This document shows positions 28,931 to 51,840 of a stretch of DNA of 64,000 nucleotides, one piece after another. Position numbers and translations under genes: made by a program. Under the pieces are notes generated by a model. It ran no database searches, was not told the DNA's origin, and saw nothing but the letters and a program-made list of their open reading frames with translations. The DNA is from the human T2T-CHM13v2.0 reference genome, Homo sapiens. The stretch is taken from assembly GCF_009914755.1 (NCBI RefSeq), contig NC_060947.1; one strand, 5' to 3'. Numbering within the stretch: position 1 is the stretch's first letter; each line of letters starts with the position of its first letter.

Positions 28931-29759
28931 TGAATACCAATTTTTCTAATATTCATGCTGTCATTTTTGTATATGTAAATATCTTTTTTTTTAACTGATT
29001 ACAGAAGATCAGACAAATCCACAAATTATTCGAATAGAGTTAATGGCATGATGTATATTCTTTCAGAACTTTTTCTATATATACATTTACACCTATATTA
29101 CAATGCAGATTTTTTAAACCAAAAAAGGAGAAATAAAGATATATTTAAGTTTTACAACTTGCCTTATTGACAATGCATTCTTGAAATTCTTTCTGTCAGT
29201 GTCTATACGTTTACCTTATTCTTTTTAATTGATCTCTGGAGCTGGCACTTACACAGTGCCTGGCCCATCACTTGCTTTTTTTAAAAAAATTAAATATTGC
29301 TTCAGGGAAGCCTTCCTTGACCCCCGCCGCCCCGCCAAAACTGGATCAAGGTCCACTGTAATACGCGTTCATAGTACTCTGCTATTTTCCTCCCAAACCA
29401 CCCAAAACAATTGTACAGTTGTGTGATTAATATCTGTTCCTCACCACCCTACACACACACACCTCACACCTCTACACTGAACAGTGAGCTCCTCAGAGGC
29501 AGGGACCAAGCCTGTTTTTTTTCCTACTCATACACCAGCACCTATTATAGTGCCTGGCAATTATATCTGTTCGATAAATATTTTTGATGCGATTATGCCC
29601 ATTTTACAGGTTAGAAAGCTGTGCAAATTAAGTAACAGTTGTCCTATAAGAAATCCCCTGAGGCTACTCAGAAATAAATAGAGGTAACAACAGATTATGA
29701 GTGCCTTAACACGCCAATACATAACATATTTTCCTTAGTTTTAAATTATTCACATAGGG

Positions 29760-30700
29760 TAGATATTCCTTTGGATTGTTACTGAGTTTTCATTATTATG
29801 GAGAGTGCTGAAATAAACATTCTTGTAGTAATAGCTTTACACATGTTTGTACTCCTATAAGATAAATAAATAAATAGAAATTGAATTCCTGCAAAGGGAA
29901 TGCACATTTTACAATTGGATAGATATTGCCAAATTGCCCTCCAAAAGAGATTACGCGAATTTATATTTGTAGTACCCAAGTATGAGAGTGCCTTCCCCCC
30001 CCATACCCTTGCCAGAGCTGTGCATTTTCACTAATTTTTTTCTTTGGTAATCTGATACTTACAAAGTGATATGTCATTCTTTTCATTTTCATATCTTTGA
30101 TTTTTGGCGAGGTTGAATATCTTTTAATTAGTTTCTTGGCCATTTGTATTCTTCTTCTTCTAAATGTATAGCTTGTTTGTACATTTTGCCCATGTTTTTT
30201 GTTGAATAGTCTTGTTGTTGAGTTGGAATAGCTCTTTTTATATCACGGATAATACTCTTGTCTTCCTGTCATAAATATTTTCTTCATTTTTTTGTTTGTG
30301 TTTTAACCTTATAAAGCTGTTTCTTAGAACATACAAGTTTAACATCCTTTATTTAATCAAATTTGTTATCATTTCATTTATTTATAGTAGCTGGTTTAAG
30401 TGCTGTGTTCTGAAAGGCTTTGCCCACTTCAAGACTAGAAAACTCTTCATCTATGTTTTCTTCTAACGCCTTTATGGTTTTGAATATTACATTTCAATAT
30501 TTGTCTCATGTGGGTATTATTTTGGCGTGTAGTACAAACGTAGGATTCCAACTTTATTTTTTTCTCAAAATCTATCCAATTGTTCTTCATAATTATTGAA
30601 TAGTTGACATTTCACTCATTAACTTAAAATGCCCCCTTTATCAAATACTAAATTCCCTGACATTTTGGGATGCATTTGTAGAATCTTCTGTTCCATTGTG
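29760..30700 (-). mobile_element. Ancient antisense L1M(E) fragment
   Basis: ORF 29779-29979 (FWRAIWQYLS...RMFISALSII) resembles the degenerate ORF2p C-terminus. Confidence 0.6.
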
Positions 30701-31099
30701 TAATAGTTAAGAGTGCCAGCACTGGAGCTGGATTTGAGCCCAGCTCTGCCATTCATAGTTTCCTCTTCTGTAAAATGGGGATAATAGTACCCACCTCATA
30801 GGGTTGTGATTACCGGATAAGTTCATTTATGTACAATGATTAGAACTGTTCCTGGCCTTCAGTAAGTATTTGGTATTTTTGTAGTATTTATTATTCTTAA
30901 ATTTTTAGTATTGCTTTTTATTTTTCATAGTATACAATCACATGATCTGCACATAATATTTTTATCTCCTTGTAGAGTGACTGTTAATCAACTTGAACAA
31001 TTTGGAGATGACGTATTACAACTCTACTTATCCCTCATCCTCATATGTTGTCCAACCTAGGTATCTTAACTCTAGGTAGTTAGGAAGGGAGAGGAGAAA

Positions 31100-32580
<1,481 letters not shown>

Positions 32581-33976
32581 AGTACAGGAAATGATGCTAT
32601 AATTAGAATGACACCTGCTATGTCTTGTAGGTCAGTACACAACTTTAGGTTTATCTAACCATGTTTTTACCCTTACAATTTCTTCTGGGAATGCTAAGCT
32701 CACTGTAAAATATCCTTAGTACAGGTAAGCCTCTGTGCTCAATCCAGTTAACCCTGTCTTGTTCTACAAGGTGCATCATTAGAATTCTTTCAGTTACAAA
32801 TAATAGCAAAGCCAAACACACAGTATTTTATTATTTCCCATAAGTCCAGCTATAGAGGGATTCCAGGGCAAGTAATTCAGCAGCCCAGCAATGTCACTAA
32901 GGACCTAGTTTCCTTCCATCTGGTTCCACTATCTTCAGCCTATTAGTCCTTCACCTTATGATTACAAGACATCCATAGGTACTCAGGTATCCCAAGGCCA
33001 TACAAAAGCATTAAGAGTCTGGAAGAAAGAACATAACTGTTATGTGTCCTTTATTAAGACCAAGAGAAACTTTCCCTATGCCCCCAGTAGATATCCCCTC
33101 TTATTGGCCAGAAATTGTGTCTCACGCCCATGCCTAAACCAATCATTTGGCAAGGGAAATAGAATTATCATGATTAGTTAGCTCAGACTAGTGCCACTCA
33201 TTGTGTGGTCCCTGGACTGGTGCTAGTCTGTAAACTGTTGGTTAACAGACTGTGACAAGCTGAATACAGAAGTTGAGAATACACATTTAGAAACTTGTAT
33301 AACAAATTGAGTAATTGTTATGTCTTTTGAAGCTAATACAAATTTGGGGCTTGTATTTTGTAGGTCTTCATTTGAGAATCCCTGCTCCCTTGATGTACAG
33401 TGTTGCCCTATGTGAGAACAAAAATGGGGTCTCTATGAGGGAGGAAGAAAGTGAAGGATGGCCATTGGGTAGGACATCAGTAGTGTGGGCCATACAGAAA
33501 ATGGTAGGGATGATATTGCTCCTAGAAATCCTGGAAAATTCCACACAAGAACAGAATTTGGGACCAGCACCATGGAGCAGGCTCTCCTTTTGGCTTTACT
33601 TGCACGCTCTTCTGTAGTGCTACCACTCCCAGGGTGTAGAATCCCAAGCAATTGTGTCTGTCTGAGAAGCCACACCCCAAAACCTGTTTCCCAGCAAGCT
33701 CAACATTATCTGCGGTTTTTTTTTTTTTTTCTGATACCAGACAGTGGCTCCTTAGAAAGCTATGATTGGTTTACATCTGCCCATCTTGCTCACAACAACA
33801 GCAAAAACAAAAAATAAAGAGAAAATAAGTCGACTGGACATGCCCATCCAGTCAGCTAGCCATGGTGACTGACTCTGTGGCCTGTGGTAGTGGCTTTCAA
33901 AGGTTTTTGAGATAAATTTACAGAATAAGAAACATACCATATTTGACATCACAACTCAGTACATATACCTGTGCAT

Positions 33977-33979
<3 letters not shown>

Positions 33980-34023
<44 letters not shown>
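33980..34023. repeat. (CA)n microsatellite, ~21 units
   Basis: Direct reading. Confidence 0.95.
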
Positions 34024-34024
<1 letters not shown>

Positions 34025-36604
34025 CTGAAGCCAGTGTTTCACAAAACAATATTTACCTTTATTATGTAATGCACTCTGTTTAAAGAAAAAAAAAACTATT
34101 TCTTTTTTTTTTCATATTTCTATTCATTATGTTAAATGTTGATTTCACTCCACTAAATTGATTTCACAGCCCACCAATGCTTTAAGACCTGCAGTTTGGA
34201 AAGAACTGCCCTAAAGGGGTGAGATGTAATGGTTCCCAATTCCAGCGGCCTTTAGAATGACCACCAGTAGCCCCGTGTGGGATGTTGTAGCTCCCTTTGT
34301 GTCTGCTTCAAGATTTTAGCCCCAACCTAAAACAATGCTTCTGCAACCTTGTCTTTTTCCTCATCAGCTTCTCAGACTTCAGAGTTCCGGCCTCCTAAAT
34401 CAGCTGCCTTAGCAGTGAGAAGGCCGGAGGCCCTCCAGGCTGTGCGCGGAGCCTGAGTTGCCCTAGCAACACTTGGCTGTAATTGACTCCCGCAGTCACC
34501 TGCTCCAGCCTAGCCTGCTTCTCTGCACTATGGACCGTGGCCCCCTTTTCTCCTGCCTTTCTTAACAATTTCTGCATCCTCATTATATAGACAGATGTCT
34601 CCTCATTCCTCCCCCTCCCGATGGATGGTCAGATTCTTGGCATACACCTCCCTGGCACTCTCCACATTGCCAAATACTCGCTCTGACATGATTAGACACT
34701 CACAGAGATGGATGATTTGCATTTCTTTCAGATCACAAACAACCTCTAGTGCTGGCCAATTTAACTGAGAGAACACAAACTCGAACGTAGGCAGGGGCTA
34801 AGCAGGTCATACAAGAGCCTGGATGGAAACTGTACCCCCTCCTAAATGAAGCAGTGGCTATTCCATCCAGCTTATTTTGCCCTATAGAAATGCACATCCA
34901 CATAGCCAGAATCTTTGAACTGTTCCAGAGAAGCCATAAAATCTGGGTCTTTATATGAACTCTACCAATTTTTATATACTGACAAGTAATTTACAAAATA
35001 TTTTTGAAAATTCTTATGGGCTAAATCCAACACATCTGTGGGTTGGATCTATTCAGCAGGCTACCAGTTTGCAAGTTGTGTTTAAAACTCTCTTTCATGC
35101 TCTGCCTTGCATTTGGACTTGATGTCCTCTGCCATCTGAGGCCAACAAAAACAAAAACAATAACTGGGCTTAAATTAACTCTAAAGTTCTCTCCCTCCCA
35201 GATAGGCACAGCAATTAGGCAAAGGCTCTTAAGAGGTGTTCATGGAGCAAAACCAGTCGGTTCTACTCTCTCTACTGAGCACCAGAACACCCAATTCTAC
35301 CTATTCTTCTGTTCCAGTTTGTTTCAGTCATACAGTAAGAATGTAAGGCTGTAAGGCTGGCCACTAGAGAAAGCCCTGACCTCTGGGGGAGGGGGCCCAT
35401 CCCTGGGCTCTTCCCTTTGACCGCAGCCATAAATTAGCTGACATCCCCCATTCTTGTATTCCCACCTGTCCACGAAATAGGAACTTCTGCTCTTTCAGAA
35501 GTATTGTGAAGAGAGCTTCCCGCAGCCCCTCCGCACCTCCTCCCCACAGTGGCTTCATTGGTGAGGTTCCAAGATAGGACTGAGTGCTTGTTGCTCAGCC
35601 CCTGCTGAGCTCCCTGCTCTCTCTTTTTCAGAGTTCCCTTGCCCACAGCACACCTATGTTCTCTCTGCCCCTCCATGTGGTCAGCCTACGAGGGTAGGGA
35701 GGCCTGCAGGTGGATGAGCACCCTTTCTGTGACTGGTGGGGTGAGGGTCTGCTGTACAGATCTATCTGTCACCTCAGGAGGGTGCAAAAGTCTAGGTTTG
35801 GGATGAACGAGTTGGAAACCTAATTCAGGCTACAGGCCACAGACCTGTTCTCCAAACCAGTCTTAACAACAATACATCTCAATATTCTGATTCCTCTTTA
35901 ATTCCTGTGTCTATTTCTCAATTAGGAATTCAGTGGAGGGAGAGACTGGTGTGATTATATGATCTTTGGAGGGATCCCACGGTGTATGAATGGGGAAACC
36001 TTGAGAAATGGATGCAATGACTGGCATTTGAGGGAGGCAGTTCTCTTTGTAGCAGTATAGTGGCTGGTATGCAAAGGTGTTCTGGCTGTTTTTTTTTCTT
36101 TTTCATAAGGGCAGGCCCTAGAAAGTACTGGCCATGTGCATCATTGACTTTGGGAGTTTACAGAAGTTTATATGATAACTGGTGTCTGCAGGCACATAAC
36201 TGCTTTTCATAGACAGTGGCCTTAGAAAACATAAGTCTCAAAGGTTTTTGACCTTGCAATCGTAGCTGGTATCTAAAAGCAGATAGGCCCATGCAAACCC
36301 TAAGTAAGAACAGGCTGTGCATGCTTTTGTGGCTGAGGCATGGATAAGAGTATCAGGAAAATAATATTTTAGCCTTGGCTAAGGTTTGCCTCAAAACAAA
36401 GTTTCAATAATCAGACTTTTCACTATCAGAAGGCTGAAAAATATTTGCTCCCTTTCCTCTATTTCTCAGCCAGGATTACAGGCCAGGACTTTAAACTGCA
36501 AAAGTAGCCAAATTCCATGTGAACCACAAAGTACTAGAGTGAGATTGTATCTTCTACATTTTAGTAGGTGGCATTCTATCAGTGCTGTTCCTCTATCTTG
36601 TTTT

Positions 36605-38250
<1,646 letters not shown>

Positions 38251-39279
38251 TCACAGATTCCTAGATTCACCCCCCTACCACCACCTCTGCATGGCCTCAG
38301 GGTGGCTCTGGATTTATTAATTACGGGAGCCATGACCATGACTTTGGATTTTAAAGACCCAGACAATGCGTTTAACCTAGGAAGGCAGGTGATTTTTATC
38401 AAGTTACAGCTAGAGGAATGGGAGTGTTTATAATACAAAGGATATATCATCTTGTATTGAGGTGGAGAAACAAGTCATGAAATTATTAAAATTCCAGAGG
38501 CCAAGCAAAAACCTTTAAAGACTAACTTCTCTAGGAATATGGTTTGTTCCTAAAATCGAGAAGGTACTGAATTTCTTTCAAAATAATGCTTCATATCAAT
38601 TTATTTGTGAGTGAAATAACATGATGTCCTGGGATTTACTTTAAAATATTCCAAAAAATGCATGAATAGATGAATTAAAATGTGTAAAGTGTTGATAATT
38701 ATTGAAGCTGAGTGATTCATTATGCTATTCATATGGGTTTGTTATAGTATTCTTTCTAATTTTGTATATGTTTGAAATTTCCCATAGTAAATCACCAGAA
38801 AAAGTAAGAATAAGCTTTGGTCTTACTGTCAGAACAAGAGCAGTGAGACAATAAAAGAAAAAAAGTACAAGAAGATATACTGTTTAAGATGGAGAAGGAA
38901 AATTCTCATCCTTAGGAATTCTTATCCTTAGGAATCAATTCTTATGAAAATGTGATCTTGGAGAACAAGCTAGACAGAGATGAAAGGAAAAAGAAGATAC
39001 ACCCAAGATCTAAAGGTTCTTAAAGATGTAACTAGAAAACAGGGAGCTATTTTGTTACTAGGTCATAGAGGTTATCTAGGTCTCAAAGAGACCGGGGAAA
39101 GACAGGGAGAGAAGAAAAAAAAGCACTGGAATTACTCTACTGGTTGGAATCCAGATCTACAATACTATTGAGTGGTGTCCTCCTAAAGGTGCACTTAAAG
39201 AGTCCATATAAATTTAGAGCAATTAGAAAAAAACCACATGGTAGAAAAATGCATCCCCGCCCCCATGCACACCCCTCCC

Positions 39280-39853
39280 CGACCCCAAGCTGCTCACACT
39301 TTAATCCCTACAACCTGTGAATATGATATATTAATATGACAAAAGGGACTTTGCAGATGTAATTAAGGTACAAACTTTAATATAGGGAGATTATCTTGGA
39401 TTGCCCAGGTAGGCCCAATCTCATTTTGGCATGAGCTCTTAAAAGCTGAGAACCTGCTCTGGCTGGCAGCAAAAGTGATATTGCAGAAGGAAAAGTCAGA
39501 GAAATTCCAAGCATAAGATGTAGGGGCCATGTGCAAGGATGGGATAGAGGCCTCTGAGAGCCAAGAATGGCTCCCAGCTGACAGCCAACAAGTAAACAGG
39601 GTCCTCAGTTCTATCAACATAAAGAGCTAGATTTTGATAACCTGAATGATCTTGGAAGCAGATTCTTCCCATAGCCTCCTGATAAGAGAGTCTAGCTGGC
39701 TGATACCTTGATTATGGCCTTGTGAAACCCAGAGCAGAGAAACCAGTTGAGCCAATCCAGACTTCTGACCTACAGAACAGTAGGAGAACAAGTTTGTATT
39801 TTCAAGCCTGTAAGTTCTGGTTGTCTGTTCTAACAACAATAGGAAACTACTGC
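39280..39853 (+). mobile_element. MLT1 (MaLR) solo LTR
   Basis: ggactttgcagatgtaattaagg...ggagattatc...gacttctgacctacagaac...aataggaaacta. Confidence 0.75.
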
Positions 39854-39899
39854 ATACCATCATATAAAGTGGGTACATAAAATTTGAACAGATTTATGA

Positions 39900-40251
<352 letters not shown>

Positions 40252-41135
40252 TGTCATGCATTTTAGATGAGTTTCAAGGCAACACATTTATGGGCCGAGA
40301 AGCAGGTATGGCATGTCCTTGTGGGTACATGCTCAGGACATGTGTAGAGTTAGAACTCCACGAGAAGGAAACACAGAAGATGAGACATACTACAGGGGAA
40401 TCAGGCAAGCTAATGATAGACTGAGTTAAACCTGGAATATATATTGATTTTGGTCAGAGAATACCTCCTGGTGGAATTATACAATTCCAATAAGGTGAAA
40501 GTAGATAAGAATTGTTGAACAGTGGATGCTTTTGCCAGATCCAAAATTTCTTGACTGCATATCTTTTACTAATGATGAACCTCCAAGTCACAAAGAGTTT
40601 GTTAGGAAAACAAATGGTTGCATGTGAAAGAAAAATTAAAGAAGAAAGGAAAGAAAACACAGTGATTGAGAAAGGAGTGGCCATAATGTCAGACACTGCT
40701 AATTGTCTTCTAATATCTGTTCTCACTTTCCTTTAAAGTTATTATCATTTTAGAAATGTGTATGCATCCTCAGCTAAACATTGCATTTCCCATTCTCCAT
40801 TGCAGCTAATTATGATTAAATATTAGTCAATGAGATGAGACTGGAAAAGATGTGTACTCATATATTTTGGGTTGAGCCCTTACAGTGAAAGGTGGATCCT
40901 CTTTCCTTCCCTTCTTCATCCTGTTAACTAAAATTGTGAGCTATTTTGTAGCATACGATGGGAGCATCATTCTAGCGATGACGAAAAGAGTAAATGAATG
41001 GATAGCCTCATGGAACTACACTAGCCTTGTACTGTCTTCTGGTCTGTTACATCTGAGGGAAATAAAGTTCTGTTGTATTTAAGCTTCTGTTCATTTGTGT
41101 TACTGTTACAAGAAGCTGGACCTATATCCTAACTA

Positions 41136-42280
<1,145 letters not shown>

Positions 42281-42974
42281 CATCACTCAATTTCAACAAC
42301 TGTTAACATTGTGCTCTATTAGCTCTACCTATCTGTCTATCTATCTAATTTTTTGAACCATCTGAAAGTGAGTTGACTACATCACTCCTAAGTACTTCAG
42401 TGTGTATCTTCAAAGGTTGTTCTCCTGTATAACTATAAAACCTTTATCACAACTAAGTATATGAACAATATTCTAACAATATTTTAATGTAGTCTAATAA
42501 CATCATCTAGATCATATTTTGCTTTCCCTAATTGTTCCCCAATGTCTTCATAGCTTTTTTAAAAAACCAGGATCCAGTTAAGGTTCATGCAGTGCATTTC
42601 GTTATGTGTTTTTGTTTGAATTTGGAACAGTTTTTTGGAACAGTTGGAATTTGTCCCATCTTTTTATAAAATATTTTTAAGGTTAAAAAATAAACAGCTG
42701 TGCTTGAAAACAAAAAAAAGGAGATCTCCAGGGGTCAGAAACAGAATGAGAACCTATAAAGGAGAGATAGATATGTGTGCAGATGAAGAAGCCAGAACTG
42801 ACACCGGCTATAGGGGCTGGAGTTTCAGTTCCTGCTTAGACAGAGGAGCTGAGGCCCTACATGTGTCAGGAAATCAACCTAGAGTGAGCAACACTTCACA
42901 CATGAACATTAAAACAAAAACGAGGTGTAATTTCTTACCCATTAGACAGACAAATATTTAAAATCTCCCCCAAG

Positions 42975-43281
<307 letters not shown>

Positions 43282-44184
43282 AGATCTCCCCAAAGCATTG
43301 GGAAGAATGTGGGGAAATAAGCATACTCCTACACTGCTGGTAGAAATATCAACTGGTTCAACCACTTTAGAGAGCAATTTGTCAAAATGTTGTGAAAAAA
43401 TAAAATCTGATGATGTCATACAATGGAACACTGCACTGAAGTGGTGCTAGATCTACATATAGCAATATGGACAGGTCTCAAAAGCATGCCGTTGAATAAA
43501 AAAAAGATACAATTATGTAAATGGATATGCACAAAAATACTATACATAGTTTATGGATGGATGGATGTTTGTAAAGTATAAAAATGGATGAGACTACACT
43601 CCAGACCATAGCAGTTGCCTCAGACGAGCATGGCAATGCAGGTGGTAGCTAAACAAAATTTTAGCTAGATTTCTAAGATTTTTTTAATTGCAGAAAGCAA
43701 ATATGACAAGATGTCTACAATTCTGGGAGATGGGAATATGGGTTTTTATTATAATATTCTTGTACTTTTTCTGTAGTTTTCACATTTCTCACAATTAAAA
43801 AGAAAGAGGAAACTTCAGCTGAGCCTGCTCCAAAGGAGAAAGGGAGCTACAAGAGTGGACAGAAAGAACTGTTACTGCTGTTGTTGAAGTTCCACTTAAG
43901 GCCTAGAAAATTCGAAGGCTTTTTGCAAGGGCGGCAAGCCCAAGGCAGATAAATTTTTCCTCCCCAGGACCAAAGGGCACAAGCTTCTGAATGTCATTTT
44001 AGGAGTCCACTGAAGGCAATTTGTCACATAAAATATATTGGAAGTAGAGGGGAAACCACCACTAAGAGGCAGGCTTTATGTAATCAAGGAATTCCAGAGC
44101 AAGAGACAGTGGCAGTAACCACTGAGGCACAAAACTAGATGTGAAGAAATGCCAATCCCAGACCAAGAAAAGATGATGTGCCCA

Positions 44185-45994
<1,810 letters not shown>

Positions 45995-46161
45995 GCAAGG
46001 GTCTGAATCACACTCGGAGCCATGACTATTCGAAAAGGAGGTGGCTGCTCACAGGAGAGTGTGGAAAAGCTGTGTCACCAAACTGAGTGCAGCCTCAGGG
46101 CTATGCTGAGATGCCAGAAGCACAGGTTCAAAATGGGGATTTAAGAGGTTTTAAATAGCCT

Positions 46162-46164
<3 letters not shown>

Positions 46165-46197
<33 letters not shown>

Positions 46198-46473
46198 CGG
46201 AGTCTTGCTGTGTCACCCAGGCTGGAGTGCAGTGGTGCGATCTCGGCTCACTGCAACTTCCAGCCGCTGGGTTCAAGCGATTCTTCTGCCTTAGCCTCCC
46301 TAGTAGCTGAGACTACAGGCACACGCCACCACACCCGGCTAATTTTTGTATTTTTAGTAGAGATGGGGTTTCACCATATTGGCCAGGCTGGTCTCGAACT
46401 CCCGACCTCATGATCCGCCCGCCTCGGCTTCCCAAAGTGCTGGGATTACAGGTGTGAGCCACCGCGCCTGGCC
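46165..46473 (-). mobile_element. AluS element
   Basis: Perfect TSD aaatagcctggatttt (46153-46168 and 46474-46489). Confidence 0.92.
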
Positions 46474-46946
46474 AAATAGCCTGGATTTTGAAGAAGGAAG
46501 CCTTGAGGATGGCCTGAGGACTATGGGTGTCACCCCAGGAAAATCTAACTTTTCAAGAACACAGGAATGTCGCAAATGTCACCTTCTGAGGGAGGAAACA
46601 GTAAACATGCATGGAACTCCACCCTACTCCCGTTTGGTAAACCAAGTGCCATAATTAGTCTCTAGATAAATCTCAGCAGAGTTTAAGCTTAAGAGATTGT
46701 GGACCCTAGACAACTAGCACAATTTAACTTGTCTCCTGTTGAAGCTGAAAGCAAGGCAGGTTGTTTTTTGCTCTCACGTTTGCTATGTTTATTCTTCTTT
46801 CCCCCAGAGATCATTGTCTCTGCTATAAGCTTTGCTTTCTGTCAGCAATGTGGGTCTGATATACCAGTACAGTATTTTATGTACTGGTTTCTAGTACCAT
46901 AATTTTACTTATAATAACTGCTTTGGGGTTGAGGTTTGCTTGTTAC

Positions 46947-47546
<600 letters not shown>

Positions 47547-48813
47547 TCCAAGAATTTTTTTCTTTGATTAACCTTTTATTAATACAGAAGCAGTATATAT
47601 GCATTGTAGAAAATTAGAAAATATAGAGAAGCAGAAATATAATAAATAAATAAGTAAAATTTCCACCTCCCAGAGATCACCACTGTAAGACCTTAGTGTA
47701 TAACCTACAGGATCTGTTCATGTGTGTCTATGCATGCTTTTATTTTATTACCAAACTGAGATCATACTACACATAATGTTCTTCAGTCTGTTTTTTTCAA
47801 TCATTAACCTCCCTTTTGCTATTTCAGTACATTTCCAACCCTTCTAACACCCTGCTTCTATTCATATTTTCCCAAATGACCTAAAAATGTCCTATACAGT
47901 TGTTTCATCCAAATCAGTACCCAATCCAGACCATGCATTGCATCTGGTTTATGTCCCTTAAGTCTCTTTTAATCTAGAACAGACACCAGTTTTTAATGAT
48001 ACCACTTTGCTGAAGATACCAAGCCAATAGTTCTGCAGACTGTTCCACTTACGAGATTTGTCTGATTGCTTTTTTGCGTTGTTTTCTTCTAAATTTTGTG
48101 CATGTGTCATTGATGCTGGGAAAATCTTATGTGCCCAATTAACTCTTTGAACTCTTAGAAAGTGGGACATATGAGAATCTTGACACTGGATTAATTTTGT
48201 CTTGAAGGTCCTACAGGAACTTCACCGATTTCAGTGGATGAGAGCCCAGGTTGCAGTAGCCGAAGGAACCTCCAATCTCTCCACACCTCAGAGCAAGATC
48301 CTTCTAGCTGAGACTGAGCAGAAACAGAAATCGGGGAGGAAATAGTTTTGGATTTAAATTTCTCTGGCATTTTGGAATTAATCTTTCTCCCAAGATTTTC
48401 ATAAGTGGAGAGACTTTGTATTGTTCAAATTTGGACATTTATATATTATTTGGAACATTTTAATGCTATCATTTGGGCTGAACATGCAACTTCTGGTGAA
48501 CTCCATTGGAAAATGTGGCTGGGCATAATTCAGGATGGGAAATACAACAGGGATAGCTTTTACAGCCTGGGATGCAGCAGGGAACTTGGAGTTAATTTAA
48601 TTAATGTCCTACTCTGATCCACTTCAGAGTTTTTTGGAGGCAAAGCAGAACTGTCCCAGTGTTAGTGCTAAGAGAAGCAGTAGTTGATATTGGGAGAATG
48701 GTTTCACGAAAGTAGAACCTGGACTGGCCTGCTGAACTCTAGTCTTCTATCCCTGATGCAGGCAGCCACATTTCTAATGGCCCATGGCTTTGGCTATCAA
48801 AAACAACAGGTTA

Positions 48814-49882
<1,069 letters not shown>

Positions 49883-50345
49883 ACCTCTTCCTATGTTCCT
49901 ACCGGCACGCGAAATAGAAACTTGCCCTCTTTCAAAAGTATAGAAATCACCTGAGGGGTTTTAAAAAATACTCATGCTTATGCCCCACATTCCAGAGATT
50001 CTTATCTAATTGGTCTGGGTGGTGGCCAGATTATGAGGTTTTTAAAAGCTCCCCAGGCAATTCTAAACTATAGCCAAGGTTGAAAACTACTGGGCTCAGA
50101 GGTCAACCAAGAGTTGCATGGCACAGCAGCTGGAGATGAACAGAGACCAGGGCTTTGCCAACAAAGCAGGAGAATGGTAGGAATGCAGCCACCCCACAAA
50201 ACTTTTGGGGAAAGTTGGTTCTATGACCGGGAATTTGGGTCTTTGTGGACTGTTGATTACAAACAACATTTTCTTAGCATTTGGTGATCCCACCAAGTTT
50301 TTCATCAATACACATAAGATGTCAGTTTTTAGGTTCTAGGAATAG

Positions 50346-51840
<1,495 letters not shown>

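Noticed and set aside
46863-46888. Hairpin ACCAGTACA-8 nt-TGTACTGGT
   Set aside because: A 9-bp stem is plausible by chance in 64 kb; no precursor-RNA context.
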